Positions 1-9,178 of a stretch of DNA of 64,000 nt are shown here, one piece after another. The notes under the pieces are model-generated. The model searched no databases and had not been told where the DNA came from. It saw only the letters and a program-made list of their open reading frames with translations. The stretch covers positions 84,487 to 148,486 of the forward strand of contig MFPS01000007.1 of NCBI GenBank assembly GCA_001782825.1. Reading direction: 5' to 3'. Position 1 is the first letter of the stretch; every line of letters starts with the position of its first letter. The DNA is from Candidatus Magasanikbacteria bacterium RIFCSPHIGHO2_01_FULL_33_34 (lineage in GTDB: Bacteria > Patescibacteriota > Patescibacteriia > Magasanikbacterales > UBA922). The translations under genes and the position numbers were made by a program.

Positions 1-2144
1 CTTTTATCTGCGCCCGGTCTATCACTGACATAATCAACATAATCTTCTAATCTTACATTTAAAGATCTTGCTAATAAATTTATTATATCCATATTTGTTT
101 TTTCCTCTCCATGAACATTATAAATTTCATGATCTGGAGATTTGTGAGCAATGATATCAATTGCACTACAAAAATCATTTACATGAACCCAACTACGAAT
201 CTGTTGACCTGTGCCATGTATTGGAATTTTACTTCCTTCAATAATATTAGAAATTGCAAGTGGAATTAACTTTTCTGGATATTGGTACTGTCCATAATTA
301 TTTGAACCACGCACAATTACTGCTGGTACTTTGTGTGTACGAATAAATGATTGCACGATTAAATCAGCCGCCGCCTTAGACGAAGAATAAGGATTTGAAG
401 GTCTCAATGGAGAATCTTCATAAGAATAGCCCTCATCAATATCCCCATAAATTTCATCAGTAGAAATATGTACAAAACGTGGTACATTATATTTTCTGAC
501 GGCTTCAATCAAACTTCTTACACCACCGATATTGGTATAAATAAAATCATTCATATCAATAATTGATCTATCAACATGAGTTTCTGCCGCAAAATTTATC
601 ACCATATCAAAATTATGGCGAGCAAAAATAATATCTAAAAATCTAGTATCGCATATATCTCCATACAAAAAATTGTATCTTTTTTGATTTGAATCTAAAC
701 TACATTCTTTCTTTTCAATATCAAGAAGATTGTCTTGATTGCCTGCATAAGTTAATAAATCAATATTATAAATACGATATTCAGGATATTTTTCGTACAA
801 ATGTCTTACAAAATTTGACCCAATAAATCCATAACCACCAGTAACTAAAATATTTTTATTTTCTCGCTTTGGCAAATTGACCATGCTTGAAGTCAAAAAC
901 CCAGCATTCCTATTTTGTAATTTTTTTTTAAAAAATTCATTAAATGTATCCTTCAAATATTGAATCTGTTCTGTTTGTAAACCGTGGTGACAACCAACTA
1001 CAAAGCCATTTCGCATTACTTTATCAGTAATCGGGAAATTATTATCAGCCACTTCTTTACTTTCCAAATTACTAAAAGCTGGTTGTTTTAATACATTGCC
1101 AGTAAAAATAGGTCTTGTTTGAATATTTTTTTCTTCCAAAAATTTAGTTATCTCATTTCTTGTAAAACCAACATTATCTTTAAGTGTCAAAGGAAAACAT
1201 AACCAATTTGTCTCTACTCGTATATCTTGTTTTGGTAAAATAAACAAGTCTTCATAATCTCTAAAAAAATTCATCAGTTCAGCAAAATTCTGTTTTCTCT
1301 TCTCCGAAAAAGAATCTAGACGTCTCAATTGAACAAGACCAAAAGCACCATTTAACTCTCCAGATTGAAAATTATACCCAACTTCACTAAAAATAAATTT
1401 TGCATCATAAGTTTCTCCATCTAATTTACCAGCAAATCTCTTTTCAATATCCTCTGATTTTTCATAAACCCCAAACAATGTTGACTCACGCCCCCAATTA
1501 CTCTTAACAAGAGCGCGTTTTGCTAATTCTTTGTCATGAAAACAAACCATACCACCTGATCCAGCAGCGGTTACCACATGTGAAGCATAGAAACTTGTAG
1601 TTGAAATATCTGAATAAAAACCACTTGGATTACCATCAAATTTTGCCCCGAGTGTATCACAAGAATCTTCTACTAAAAATAAACTATATTTATCTGCCAA
1701 CTCTCTCAATTTTTTCATATCTGGCACATTGCCAAGCAATGATGGTATCATCAAAACTTTTGTATTCTGAGTGATCAATGCTTCTATCTTATCTACATCT
1801 ATCAAATAAGTACCTGGCACAACATCTACAAAAACTGGCTTCAAACCCTTTTGTAAAATTGGAGACAATGTGGTCCCAAAAGTAAGTGCAGGTGTAATAA
1901 CTTCAGAGCCAACCGGTAAATCCAACACATCCAAAGCAATTAGATTTGCCGAAGAACCAGAATTTACCATAATGCCATATTCTTTTCCAAAAATACCTGC
2001 AATTTTTTTCTCAAATTCTTTTACTTGTGGTCCAGCCACAATTTTTTTAGGATTTCTCAAAACATTCAAAACAGCCTCAATTTCTTCTGGTCCATATATA
2101 GCGGCTGCATAAGGCACCTCCATACTATCTCTTTTGTTCTCCAT
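1..2144 (-). CDS. Apparent fusion protein: N-terminal DegT/DnrJ/EryC1-family PLP/PMP enzyme (sugar 3-dehydratase-like, His in place of the Schiff-base Lys) joined to a C-terminal NDP-hexose 4,6-dehydratase (RfbB-like SDR). Truncated at the window edge.
   Basis: Hand translation of the minus strand from ATG at 2142-2144 (alternative start 2121-2123) is continuous to position 1 with no stop. The N-terminal ~410 aa has DegT-like motifs (GSSANLIALD; SFYASHVVTAAGSGGMV, where His occupies the usual Lys position). From about nt 900 downward it reads ILVTGGYGFIGSNFVRHL...YGDICD...SPLRPSNPYSSSKAAAD...PLAISNIIEG, typical of dTDP-glucose 4,6-dehydratase. The domain junction coincides with a T9 homopolymer (about 921-929). 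Confidence 0.55.
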   Translation of the reverse strand, partial: MENKRDSMEVPYAAAIYGPEEIEAVLNVLRNPKKIVAGPQVKEFEKKIAGIFGKEYGIMVNSGSSANLIALDVLDLPVGSEVITPALTFGTTLSPILQKGLKPVFVDVVPGTYLIDVDKIEALITQNTKVLMIPSLLGNVPDMKKLRELADKYSLFLVEDSCDTLGAKFDGNPSGFYSDISTTSFYASHVVTAAGSGGMVCFHDKELAKRALVKSNWGRESTLFGVYEKSEDIEKRFAGKLDGETYDAKFIFSEVGYNFQSGELNGAFGLVQLRRLDSFSEKRKQNFAELMNFFRDYEDLFILPKQDIRVETNWLCFPLTLKDNVGFTRNEITKFLEEKNIQTRPIFTGNVLKQPAFSNLESKEVADNNFPITDKVMRNGFVVGCHHGLQTEQIQYLKDTFNEFFKKKLQNRNAGFLTSSMVNLPKRENKNILVTGGYGFIGSNFVRHLYEKYPEYRIYNIDLLTYAGNQDNLLDIEKKECSLDSNQKRYNFLYGDICDTRFLDIIFARHNFDMVINFAAETHVDRSIIDMNDFIYTNIGGVRSLIEAVRKYNVPRFVHISTDEIYGDIDEGYSYEDSPLRPSNPYSSSKAAADLIVQSFIRTHKVPAVIVRGSNNYGQYQYPEKLIPLAISNIIEGSKIPIHGTGQQIRSWVHVNDFCSAIDIIAHKSPDHEIYNVHGEEKTNMDIINLLARSLNVRLEDYVDYVSDRPGADK

Positions 2145-2150
2145 ATGAAT

Positions 2151-3086
2151 CTATTTTTTTAAATAATTAATTACCTCCTTCAAACCAGCCTCTAAACTAT
2201 ACTTAGGCTTCCAATTGAAGTTCTTAAAGGTATTTTCCATATCAGCTTGCCACAATTTACTATCATAGTCAAGTAATGGTCTTTCTCCCCAATTTATATT
2301 ACTCTTTGACCCCGTAAGATTCATAACGATTTTAACCAATTCACCAAGCTGAACCGCTTTACCACTACCAGCATTAAAAATGCCCCCTTTATTATTTTTA
2401 GCAGAATCAATAGCGCTCATATACAAATCAACCAAGTCACCAACATAAATAAAGTCGCGCGAAACATCTTTATTGGTTATTTCAATATCTCTTCCATCTA
2501 AAGCTCTTTTAACAACCTCATAAACTAATCTACCTTTTTGTATTTTTGGACCATAAGGAGTAAATAATCTAAAAGTAATTATAGGTTTATTACTTGTTTT
2601 AGCTACAGCTTGACCATATAAGGTGGCACTTAATTTTGAAATACTATACAACTCTGTTGGTTCACACAAATCTGATTCTTTTACTGGATATTGCTTTGGT
2701 CCATACTCCATAAAACTACCCGTATTAACAAAAAAATTATAATCAATATCCTTAAGACTATCTACTAAATTTTTAAACCCTAAGATATTTGTATTCAACA
2801 CATCCTCATCTCCGGCTGTTACACCGCTGGCTATATTTGAAGCCGCCAAATGAAAAACACCATAAGGTTTTAACTTGTTAACAAAACTTTCCAAACTATT
2901 TTTATCAAGCAAGCTAACATAATGCAAATTTACTTTATCCAAAATATGTTCTATACGCCAAGTATCCGTAGTCTCTTTAATTAAAATATTGACATCGTAA
3001 CCTTCACTTACGAGTCTTTCTACCAAATGCGAGCCAATAAACCCAGCCCCACCTGTTACTAATATTTTTTTGTTTGAATTGCTCAT
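2151..3086 (-). CDS. NAD-dependent nucleotide-sugar epimerase/dehydratase (extended SDR)
   Basis: N-terminal Rossmann motif ILVTGGAGFIGSHLVERL; catalytic YxxxK (YSISKLSATLYG); 311 aa. Confidence 0.7.
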   Translation of the reverse strand: MSNSNKKILVTGGAGFIGSHLVERLVSEGYDVNILIKETTDTWRIEHILDKVNLHYVSLLDKNSLESFVNKLKPYGVFHLAASNIASGVTAGDEDVLNTNILGFKNLVDSLKDIDYNFFVNTGSFMEYGPKQYPVKESDLCEPTELYSISKLSATLYGQAVAKTSNKPIITFRLFTPYGPKIQKGRLVYEVVKRALDGRDIEITNKDVSRDFIYVGDLVDLYMSAIDSAKNNKGGIFNAGSGKAVQLGELVKIVMNLTGSKSNINWGERPLLDYDSKLWQADMENTFKNFNWKPKYSLEAGLKEVINYLKK

Positions 3087-3829
3087 TTTATATCAAAATT
3101 TTCGTATTTTTTAATTCCTAACTTTTGAAAAGTAAACTTTGCTAATACCCCCAACGTCATCATTCCATATTCCAAACTTTTATAAAAACTTGGAGATTTT
3201 GATTCTTCTGTATATCTTGTAGGAATAGGGATTTCATATACTCTAAATTTTCCTAATGAAATTTCTGCAAACATCTCTGTATCAAACACATAATTATTTG
3301 AATTTTTTTCAAATGGAATTCTTGTCAGCAAGTTTCTACCATAAGCTCTATAACCTGTGTGATATTCTGTTAATCCTAGACGAAAAAAAGAATCTTCTAA
3401 AATTGTCAACGCTCTATTAGCCACAAATCTCCATAATGGCATTCCACCTTTTCTAGCATCGCCCTTGTTATGCATCCGGGAACCAAAGCACACATCGGCT
3501 TCACCCAAAGCTATTTTTTTAACCATTTCAGGAACCAAACTAGGGTCATATTGAAAATCAGAGTGAACCATTACAGCCACATCTGCGCCCATATTAAGCG
3601 CTTCTCTATAACCGGTTTTTTGAGCACCACCATACCCTTTATTCTTTTCATGAACAACCAAATGCACACCCAATCTTTTGGCAATTTCGCTAGTTTTATC
3701 CCTACTACCATCATCAACTACTATAATTTCGTCTACAGAACCTTCTGGTATAGCTTTAATAGATTTCTCTAATGTTTTCTCTGTATTATATGCAGGTATT
3801 ACTACTATTATTTTTTTATCATTGATCAT
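3083..3829 (-). CDS. Family 2 glycosyltransferase (GT-A fold)
   Basis: IIVVIPAYNTEKTLEKSI...VVDDGSRDKT...NKGYGGA...HSDFQYDP. 248 aa; 4-nt overlap with the upstream gene. Confidence 0.7.
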   Translation of the reverse strand: MINDKKIIVVIPAYNTEKTLEKSIKAIPEGSVDEIIVVDDGSRDKTSEIAKRLGVHLVVHEKNKGYGGAQKTGYREALNMGADVAVMVHSDFQYDPSLVPEMVKKIALGEADVCFGSRMHNKGDARKGGMPLWRFVANRALTILEDSFFRLGLTEYHTGYRAYGRNLLTRIPFEKNSNNYVFDTEMFAEISLGKFRVYEIPIPTRYTEESKSPSFYKSLEYGMMTLGVLAKFTFQKLGIKKYENFDIK

Positions 3830-3832
3830 AAA

Positions 3833-4279
3833 TTAATATAGAACTTTTAACACTATTTTTTTAACTTCTTGTGGAATGTCTTCCATAATACCAGTCACAT
3901 GACCATCTTCTGGAAAAAAAACTACAATATCATTTTCACTCAATATAAACTTCTCCCCATCACCATTATACAAAATATAATCACCATCTTCATTATAGTC
4001 TGTTTTTAATTCTAATTTTTTTATATCTTGATAACAAACTTTTTCCGTACCAGAAAGAATACAATGTACATCAATAAATTTTTTATGTGATTCCCATACA
4101 CATTCAGATTCTTCTTTTGTGGTGTAATTTAATCTCAAGAAAAAATTATCACCAGATAGTTTATGCTTCCCTTCTTCAAGATTTAACAAATCCAAACTAA
4201 ACACTTCCAAAAGAGCATTCTTAACTTTTTCTGTAAGTTTTTCTTCTAATACAAAAACTTTTTTATCAGTAAGTATCAT
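3833..4279 (-). CDS. YhcH/YjgK/YiaL (DUF386)-like small protein, a family often found in sialic / nonulosonic acid loci
   Basis: 148 aa; weak resemblance to the DUF386 beta-sandwich family; located 2 nt downstream of the NeuB-like synthase. Confidence 0.35.
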   Translation of the reverse strand: MILTDKKVFVLEEKLTEKVKNALLEVFSLDLLNLEEGKHKLSGDNFFLRLNYTTKEESECVWESHKKFIDVHCILSGTEKVCYQDIKKLELKTDYNEDGDYILYNGDGEKFILSENDIVVFFPEDGHVTGIMEDIPQEVKKIVLKVLY

Positions 4280-4280
4280 A

Positions 4281-5363
4281 TTATTTTTCTACCAAATCCA
4301 AATTCATTGGAGTTCCACGTTCTATATCTTGCGTAGATTTTTTCCCTAAAATTTCATCCAAATATTTTGGTGCCACTCCAATACCCGGTCTAATTGACCT
4401 AAGATTTTTTTCTGTAAATTCTTCGCCCTTTTTCATATCTTCAACCACAAATAAAGATTGACGTAAGTGTTTAGCATTATAAGCCTCCTTTTCATTAGCT
4501 GGCCCATAATGAATTTTGCCTAAAACTTTTTCTGCTTCACGTATACCTTCTATCATAACTTTTAACTCACTCGGAGTAACAGAAAAATCAGAATCTGGAG
4601 TTTTTTCTTTTCCTTCAGGCATTACATGTTTTTCTATAACTTTGGCACCAGCCAAAACTGCCATAGCGGCTGTTCTTGTGCCACCAATATTTTCTGAAAA
4701 TCCAGGTATGACATCAAACTTACTTTTTATGTCAGCAATATTTTTCAAATTTAAGGTAGTAAAATCTGGTTCATGTGTATACGTAGTACTACAGTGCAAA
4801 ATTACCAAATCTTTTATACCATTTTCTTTCAAAGTATCTATGCCAAGTTTTGCCTCTTCTTCGGTTGCAAAACCGATTGACATTATAACTGGTTTACCAG
4901 TCTTAGCCACACGACGCAAAAGTGGAATATGTGACACCTCATAGGAAGCAATTTTGTACATTCCAACATTCATATTTTCCATATAGTCAACTGCCGTAAT
5001 ATCATATACAGTTGAAAAGAAAAACAAACCAACTTTTTCTGCCTCTTCTTTTAGTTGTGGTAGCCATTCCCATGGTGTATAAGCAGTTTTATACAAATCA
5101 TAAAGTTTAGCCCCTTTCCATGGGTTCTCATCCCCCTCCATTACAAAACCATTTTTATCACAATCAATAGTCAAAGTATCAGGAGTATAAGTTTGAAATT
5201 TAACCGCATCAGCACCTGCACCAGCTGCTGCGTGTACTATTTCAATCGCTTTTTCCAAATTTTGATTATGGTTTGCTGAAACTTCAGCAATTACAAAAGT
5301 TGGTGCGTCCCCACCAATCTCTCTTTCTCCTCTTGGTGTTTGTAATTTAAAAGATTTTGACAT
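4281..5363 (-). CDS. NeuB-family nonulosonic acid synthase (pseudaminic / legionaminic / N-acetylneuraminic acid synthase) with C-terminal SAF domain
   Basis: GGDAPTFVIAEVSANHNQNLEKAIEIVHAAAGAGADAVKFQTY is diagnostic of NeuB/PseI/LegI TIM-barrel synthases. 360 aa with a C-terminal antifreeze-like extension. Confidence 0.8.
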   Translation of the reverse strand: MSKSFKLQTPRGEREIGGDAPTFVIAEVSANHNQNLEKAIEIVHAAAGAGADAVKFQTYTPDTLTIDCDKNGFVMEGDENPWKGAKLYDLYKTAYTPWEWLPQLKEEAEKVGLFFFSTVYDITAVDYMENMNVGMYKIASYEVSHIPLLRRVAKTGKPVIMSIGFATEEEAKLGIDTLKENGIKDLVILHCSTTYTHEPDFTTLNLKNIADIKSKFDVIPGFSENIGGTRTAAMAVLAGAKVIEKHVMPEGKEKTPDSDFSVTPSELKVMIEGIREAEKVLGKIHYGPANEKEAYNAKHLRQSLFVVEDMKKGEEFTEKNLRSIRPGIGVAPKYLDEILGKKSTQDIERGTPMNLDLVEK

Positions 5364-5381
5364 ATATTTTTTATTAAAAAA

Positions 5382-6611
5382 CTAAGCAGGTTCCACATCT
5401 ATATTATTTTTCTTTAACCATTCTCTGTGTTCTATTCTCTTCTTTTCCAAAGTATCCTGATCATCCCATATATTTTCCTTTATCCATTGATTATTTTCAT
5501 CCTTCCACCAAATCTTTGGATCATAAAAATTCTCGTCACAATATTTATCAAATTCTTCCTCAGAAACTCCTGCATAATCAAACCAAAATTTAAAATCTTT
5601 GGAACGCACATGGTCATATTTTTTTATCATTTCAATTCCTTCTTCACGAGTCATATAACCCAGTCTAATATCCTTACAAACATGATCACTACATCTACCA
5701 TATCCAAACTTCACATATTTTAAGTAATCCTTAATACCTGTTTCATATTTATCATCTAAATTAGAAATAGTACGATATGTTCTTTCAAATGGCTCTGGTG
5801 AAGGTTCCCAACCAAGTTCTTTCATTATAAAATCAGTTTGCTTATACATATCCCAATGTACATAATTGCCCAAAAATATTCCTCTGATTCCTAAATCAGA
5901 GATCTCTTCCATAGTAGGATACTGATAAAAGTTAAAATCATTTTCTTTTAAACCTTCTCTCAATTTTGAACGCCCAATTTTTTCCAACCCCTCATCTGTT
6001 AAGTCTCTAAAATTAAAACCTCTCTGATGATGCTCATGGAAGTCCCTAGCACTCATTTCTACCAAATCATAAAGAGAATATTGACCTCCACGATCAAGTC
6101 GACCATGTTCACCCCACATTATAAGGGGTACATTGTATTTTACTGCCATCTTAACTGGAAAACTAAAAATACCAGAATGGCAATGCCAACTCATATCACC
6201 CATCAAACGAAAAGTTAAACGGTTTAATTTTTTCAAAACTTTTATACTGGGGTAACCAATGATATGATCAACATCAAAAGTATGACGCATTTTGTATAAA
6301 TTTTTCTCACCAATTGGGTGGTAATTGTTACCGTGATATGTCACTAACAATGGTTTAAGTTTTAAAACTTCAGTAGCATACCAAGTTTGATACCAACTAT
6401 CTTTTCCACCACTTACTGGTATTAAAATATCATAACCACCAGTTTTGGAACGATAAGGCTCTACCAAATCTTGTAACATCTTGGCCCTTTCATCCCAGTC
6501 TATTTTTGGTTTTTCAGCATTAACAATACAACCACTACAAACCCCATTTTCATCAAAAGATAATTTTACGGCAGAAGATGCTGGATAAATACATTTTGTA
6601 CACCATTTCAT
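5382..6611 (-). CDS. N-acetyl sugar amidotransferase (PseA/WbpG-like, PP-loop ATP pyrophosphatase family)
   Basis: Cys-rich N-terminus (CTKCIYP...CSGC) followed by the PP-loop ILIPVSGGKDS. 409 aa. Immediately followed by HisF- and HisH-like genes, the classical acetamidino-forming triad. Confidence 0.65.
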   Translation of the reverse strand: MKWCTKCIYPASSAVKLSFDENGVCSGCIVNAEKPKIDWDERAKMLQDLVEPYRSKTGGYDILIPVSGGKDSWYQTWYATEVLKLKPLLVTYHGNNYHPIGEKNLYKMRHTFDVDHIIGYPSIKVLKKLNRLTFRLMGDMSWHCHSGIFSFPVKMAVKYNVPLIMWGEHGRLDRGGQYSLYDLVEMSARDFHEHHQRGFNFRDLTDEGLEKIGRSKLREGLKENDFNFYQYPTMEEISDLGIRGIFLGNYVHWDMYKQTDFIMKELGWEPSPEPFERTYRTISNLDDKYETGIKDYLKYVKFGYGRCSDHVCKDIRLGYMTREEGIEMIKKYDHVRSKDFKFWFDYAGVSEEEFDKYCDENFYDPKIWWKDENNQWIKENIWDDQDTLEKKRIEHREWLKKNNIDVEPA

Positions 6612-6637
6612 ATATTTTGCTTAAAATAATATTTTAA

Positions 6638-7429
6638 TTACCTAACTTCAATCCCATTTTGTTTCATAAAATTTTTGGCATGCATAGTTGAATGTTCTGT
6701 AAAGTGAAACTTATTTCCAACCGACACAGCCGAAGCTCCACCCTCTTTTATTCCCTCTACCAAATGTTTCCAATCTCCGACACCACCTGAGGCAATTACT
6801 GGGATATCTACTGCACTTGCTACTGTTTTTACAAGTGCAATATCATAACCCCGCATAGAACCATCTTCATCTATAGAAGTCAAAAATATTTCACCTGCCC
6901 CCAATTCTTCAACTTTTTTAGCCCAACCAACTACATCCATACCTGTATCAATTTTACCAAAACCTTTCATAACTTTATGTGTCCCATCTGTTTGTCTTTT
7001 TGCATCTATGGAAATGACTATACACTGACTACCAAAAACTTTTGCGCCCTCTGTTATAATTTCTGGTGTTTCAATTGCAACTGTATTTATTGTTATCTTG
7101 TCAGCTCCCATTTTTATATATCGCCTAATATCTTCCACACTTCTAATACCACCACCAGCGCACAAAGGAACGAAAGACTTCTTTGACACATATTTTATCA
7201 ACTGGTCAAAATCAGTCAATGTATTATCATAATTTACATCTGGCCTAAAAAAATCATAATTTTTCTCTCTGTTTATATCCAACAAAATTATTTCATCAAT
7301 TGCCCAAGCATTGAAATGCTCTACTGCCATAATAGCATTTCCCACCACCAAAAATTCAGAAAAATGCTTGCTCTGCACAATTTGACCATCTTTTATTATA
7401 AGACAAGCTATTAATCTTTTTTTCAACAT
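6638..7429 (-). CDS. Imidazole glycerol phosphate synthase cyclase-subunit homologue (HisF-like, WbuZ-type) of the amidotransferase triad
   Basis: MLKKRLIACLIIKDGQIVQS...ILLDINRE...GGGIRS...SGGVG are (beta/alpha)8 HisF motifs. The track start at 7450 is probably an N-terminal extension; Met8 chosen. Confidence 0.7.
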   Translation of the reverse strand: MLKKRLIACLIIKDGQIVQSKHFSEFLVVGNAIMAVEHFNAWAIDEIILLDINREKNYDFFRPDVNYDNTLTDFDQLIKYVSKKSFVPLCAGGGIRSVEDIRRYIKMGADKITINTVAIETPEIITEGAKVFGSQCIVISIDAKRQTDGTHKVMKGFGKIDTGMDVVGWAKKVEELGAGEIFLTSIDEDGSMRGYDIALVKTVASAVDIPVIASGGVGDWKHLVEGIKEGGASAVSVGNKFHFTEHSTMHAKNFMKQNGIEVR

Positions 7430-7436
7430 ATTAACC

Positions 7437-8048
7437 TCAATATTTAACAAATTTTCTCATCATTTCAATGCCATCTTTTTGACTTTTTTCTGGATGAAAT
7501 TGTGTTGCCATTATATTGCCACGCTCCAAACTACACACAAACTTACCACCATAATCTGTAACTCCAGTAATATCCTCTTTATTTTCACAATCAAAATGAA
7601 AACTATGCACAAAATAACAAATCTTTGGACTCATATCATTACCATACAACACACATTCTCTTTGTGGTTCAACATCATTCCAACCAATATGTGGAATACG
7701 ATATTCATCGCCTTCTGGAGTCAATTTTTTTACTTCACCTTTTATAAAACCTAGCCCATTATGCTCGCCTATTTCATAACTTTTATCTGCCAAAAGTTGC
7801 ATACCCAAACAAATTCCTAAAAATGGTTTTTTAACTTCCATTACTTCATTGGACAAAACTTCAACCAAACCAAGCTTTTTTAAATTTTCCATTGCCTCGC
7901 CAAATGCACCCACACCTGGCAGAATTAATTTGTCGGCTAATTCAATTTCTTTAGTTTTATTTGTAATTATGTTTTTCTCGCCAATATAATCCAGAATATT
8001 TGCTACTGATTGCAAATTTCCCATTCCATAATCAATAATTGCTATCAT
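7437..8048 (-). CDS. Class I glutamine amidotransferase, HisH-like (WbuY-type)
   Basis: MIAIIDYGMGNLQSV...GICLGMQLL...QFHPEKS (catalytic Cys-His-Glu triad context). 203 aa. Confidence 0.75.
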   Translation of the reverse strand: MIAIIDYGMGNLQSVANILDYIGEKNIITNKTKEIELADKLILPGVGAFGEAMENLKKLGLVEVLSNEVMEVKKPFLGICLGMQLLADKSYEIGEHNGLGFIKGEVKKLTPEGDEYRIPHIGWNDVEPQRECVLYGNDMSPKICYFVHSFHFDCENKEDITGVTDYGGKFVCSLERGNIMATQFHPEKSQKDGIEMMRKFVKY

Positions 8049-9172
8049 ACTACAATTGCTTTTACTTTTTCTATTACTTTCTTTTGTTCATCTTCGGTCA
8101 AATCAGGATACAAAGGCAACGAAATTACACTATTATACCATTTTTCTGTTTGCTCTAAACCATCACTTGTATAACCTAAATTTTTATAAAAAGTATGCAT
8201 ATGTACTGGAATATGATGAACTTGAACACCAATTCCCTCCGCACGCAATTTATCAAAAATTGCTACTTTCTTTGACACCAGATTTTCTTTTAATCTGATT
8301 GTATACAAATGCCAAGCTGATTTATAAATTTCATCATCCTTAACTGGAGTAATTATGTTATCAAAATCTAAAAAAGCTTCATCATACTTCTCCACTATTT
8401 TTTTTCTTTTTTGTAAAAATAAATTAAGTTTTGATAATTGTCTTATACCAAGCGCGCAAGCAAAATCTGGCAAACGATAATTTAATCCCAACTCCACCAT
8501 ATCAAAATACCATGCGCCAAGATTTTTATCTAAATTTTCTTTTATAATACCATGAGTAATAAATCTTTTCATTTTTTTGTAATATTCCTCATTATCAGTC
8601 AAAATAGCCCCACCTTCACCAGTAGTAATATTTTTCACAGGATGAAAACTAAAAGTAGACAAATCACTTATTGAGCCTACTTTTCTACCATTGAAACTTG
8701 CCCCCAATGCTTGTGAAGCATCTTCTATAACTTTTAAATTATATCTATCAGCAATTTCTTTTATTTTTTCCAAATCAACTGGGCGTCCAGTATAATCAAT
8801 TGGTACAATCGCCTTTGTTTTATCTGTTATTTTTTCTTCTATTTTAGAAATATCCATATTACCTGTAGTAGGATCAATATCCACAAATACTGGTCTAGCC
8901 CCTTGCCACACACCTACATTACTAGTAGCCACAAAGGTTAATGATGTGGTTATAAATTCATCTCCTGATCCAATTCCAACCGCAACAAAAGCTGAATGTA
9001 AAGCAGCCGTTCCATTTGATACAACTACAGCATATTTAGCGCCACAATAATCTGCCAAATCTTTTTCAAATCTTGTAACCCTTTCACCTTGAGTTAAACA
9101 ATCTGAACCAAGTGCGTCTACAACTGCATCAATGTCTTCTTTATCAATTGACTGATGTCCGTATGGTATCAT
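8045..9172 (-). CDS. DegT/DnrJ/EryC1/StrS aminotransferase, PseC-like (UDP-4-keto-6-deoxy-hexosamine 4-aminotransferase)
   Basis: MIPYGHQSIDKEDIDAVVDALGSDCLTQGERV...SNGTAALH...FSFHPVKNITTGEGG. The Schiff-base Lys is present, so it is a true aminotransferase. Confidence 0.75.
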   Translation of the reverse strand: MIPYGHQSIDKEDIDAVVDALGSDCLTQGERVTRFEKDLADYCGAKYAVVVSNGTAALHSAFVAVGIGSGDEFITTSLTFVATSNVGVWQGARPVFVDIDPTTGNMDISKIEEKITDKTKAIVPIDYTGRPVDLEKIKEIADRYNLKVIEDASQALGASFNGRKVGSISDLSTFSFHPVKNITTGEGGAILTDNEEYYKKMKRFITHGIIKENLDKNLGAWYFDMVELGLNYRLPDFACALGIRQLSKLNLFLQKRKKIVEKYDEAFLDFDNIITPVKDDEIYKSAWHLYTIRLKENLVSKKVAIFDKLRAEGIGVQVHHIPVHMHTFYKNLGYTSDGLEQTEKWYNSVISLPLYPDLTEDEQKKVIEKVKAIVV

Positions 9173-9178
9173 ATATTT

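Noticed and set aside
1870-2112. 80-aa plus-strand ORF at the left edge
   Set aside because: It lies antisense within the DegT-like domain of the large minus-strand ORF.
4516-6218. Plus-strand ORFs overlapping the minus-strand biosynthesis genes (4516..4944, 5427..5723, 6027..6218, and similar antisense ORFs throughout, e.g. 10808..11236, 57267..57686)
   Set aside because: They are embedded antisense in well-supported genes and have low-complexity, Phe/Ile/Ser-rich composition. They are treated as spurious.
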